Assembly (NCBI GenBank): GCA_963794325.1
Contig: CAWCDG010000003.1
Coordinates: 256,001-320,000 of the forward strand
From: an uncultured delta proteobacterium
GTDB taxonomy: Bacteria > Desulfobacterota > Binatia > Binatales > Binataceae
Length of the DNA: 64,000 nucleotides
Direction: 5' to 3'
Below, piece after piece: positions 62,675 through 64,000 of the stretch. Every line of letters starts with the position of its first letter. Position 1 is the stretch's first letter. The notes below the pieces were generated by a model. That model did not search any database. It worked only from the letters and a program-made list of their open reading frames with translations, and was not told where the DNA came from. The position numbers and the translations under genes are program-made.

Positions 62675-64000
62675 ATGCACTGGCGCGCGGGCGGCATCAT
62701 TCGAGTTGCCGGAATCGGCATACTCGGATCGCTGCTGCTCGCAGGATGTTCGTCGGGCACCAACGCGCCCCTCAATGCGACGAATCATTCGCGTGGAGAA
62801 TCTTCCGCTAAAGAAGAATCACCTTTTTGGGATTTCACCCGGAGCAAGCGCCCGAAGATTTCCGCAGGCGGGCTTGAAGCTCCCGAGATCGGAACGACCT
62901 TGGGCGGAAACCTGCTCGTCAATGGAGATTTCTCCGCCGGCTTGCAGGGCTGGAATACCAGCACGCACTGTTTTCGCCCGGACTCTTCGACTCGCGCTCC
63001 CAACGGAAACCCAACTCTGAAGATCGAAAACCCCGACTCGTGCGGGCCCTTCACGAAGATAACGACTAACCAGTTCGTCGCTCCGCCCGGCATTTATTCG
63101 ATAGGCGGCGAGCTCAAAACCTCGGAGTTGACCGAGTCGAAAGCTCCGGTCGACGAATCGCAAATGGATTTGGATTTGTTCACCGCCTGCGAAACGGAAT
63201 TGGTGAACCGCGGCTCCGACTGGCAGGACTTTGCCGGCAAGCATTGCGTGGTTGAGCCCGGTACCGACTCTCCCTTTCGGCTCGCAATCGACGGCAAAAC
63301 TTCCGGCTCTGCCTGGTTCGCCAACATGTACGTGCGAAGGGAAATCCCGCCTCCCGTCCAGGTCTTCATGCTCTATCCGAACTATCGTGGATACCTGTTT
63401 GCCGACCAGCCGAATGAAGTGCGAGCGGCGGTGAAGCTCAATCGCGGCCCCGGCCTGCGCCGCGAAGATCTGGTCTTTCAGCTCGAGGCGATGCGCACCG
63501 ATTCCGGATCGAAGACCGATCATAACTACCAGTCGCCTGCCGATGATTTCACGGCGACTATGGATTTCAGCTCGATGCCCACCGGAGCCTACCAGGTGCG
63601 CGCGAGGCTTTTGGACAAGAATGGAACGGTGCTTTTCGAGCAACCGCCGTATCGGATCGTGAAAGTCGATTCGGAGGCAGGGGGCCGCTTGAAAGCTTGG
63701 ATCGATGATGGCAATCGCGCGCACTTCGGCGACGGCAATGCGCATTTTGTAATTGGCATTTACGACACTTCGGGCTATTCGAATTCTCCGCAAGCATACA
63801 GCCGCTCCCTCGACGAGATCTCCCAAGCGCCGATCAACATGATGATCAATTATTTCATAACCAACGCGCCGATAAGCTCCATCGATGCCTATACGGAGGA
63901 ATTGCAGACGCACGGCATCTTCTTTTTGCCGACCGTCGGTAACTTCTACGAGGATGACAAAGGCTACCCGAAGAATCCGGTCACCCACCTGGGCGCCTCG
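62675..64000 (+). CDS. Lipoprotein with CBM-like domain, probable carbohydrate-active protein (3'-truncated by window)
   Basis: AGAGGA RBS; MHWRAGGIIRVAGIGILGSLLLAG-C lipobox; NLLVNGDFSAGLQGW; later HFVIGIYD. Absent from the ORF track because it runs off the window end. Confidence 0.75.
   Translation, partial: MHWRAGGIIRVAGIGILGSLLLAGCSSGTNAPLNATNHSRGESSAKEESPFWDFTRSKRPKISAGGLEAPEIGTTLGGNLLVNGDFSAGLQGWNTSTHCFRPDSSTRAPNGNPTLKIENPDSCGPFTKITTNQFVAPPGIYSIGGELKTSELTESKAPVDESQMDLDLFTACETELVNRGSDWQDFAGKHCVVEPGTDSPFRLAIDGKTSGSAWFANMYVRREIPPPVQVFMLYPNYRGYLFADQPNEVRAAVKLNRGPGLRREDLVFQLEAMRTDSGSKTDHNYQSPADDFTATMDFSSMPTGAYQVRARLLDKNGTVLFEQPPYRIVKVDSEAGGRLKAWIDDGNRAHFGDGNAHFVIGIYDTSGYSNSPQAYSRSLDEISQAPINMMINYFITNAPISSIDAYTEELQTHGIFFLPTVGNFYEDDKGYPKNPVTHLGAS

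Overview
High-GC bacterial chromosome segment; gene style suggests Binatota/deltaproteobacterial-type affinity (inference, not tested). The housekeeping backbone is rnc(3' end)-era-der-guaA-gltX, clpP, prmA-rsmE-gshB, glpQ-dnaG, rnpB, rmuC, clpS-clpA, nadB, pgsA, xfp-pgm and fabF-fabH, with four tRNAs (Phe, Ile2/Met-CAT, Gly, Cys). dnaG and clpA each carry a single extra base near the 5' end, most likely sequencing errors. A 10.7 kb island with no integrase sits in tRNA-Gly, bounded by an exact 31-bp direct repeat, and carries efflux, redox and carbonic anhydrase genes. The tRNA-Gly to tRNA-Cys interval looks like an insertion hotspot. Most notable items: a four-copy intergenic repeat combining a hairpin with telomere-like (TTAGGGG) G-runs; a two-copy GTGG-type REPIN; a 1201-aa secreted Ig-like / (Thr-X)~250 / DUF3494 ice-binding protein; a secreted His/Trp-rich duplicated mini-protein behind a sigma54-type promoter; a split BagA/BagB-like ATPase pair; an internally deleted ackA remnant; and a divergent ethylmalonyl-CoA-mutase-like enzyme. 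No CRISPR array, integrase or transposase was seen. I cannot show that any of these is truly undescribed without database searches.
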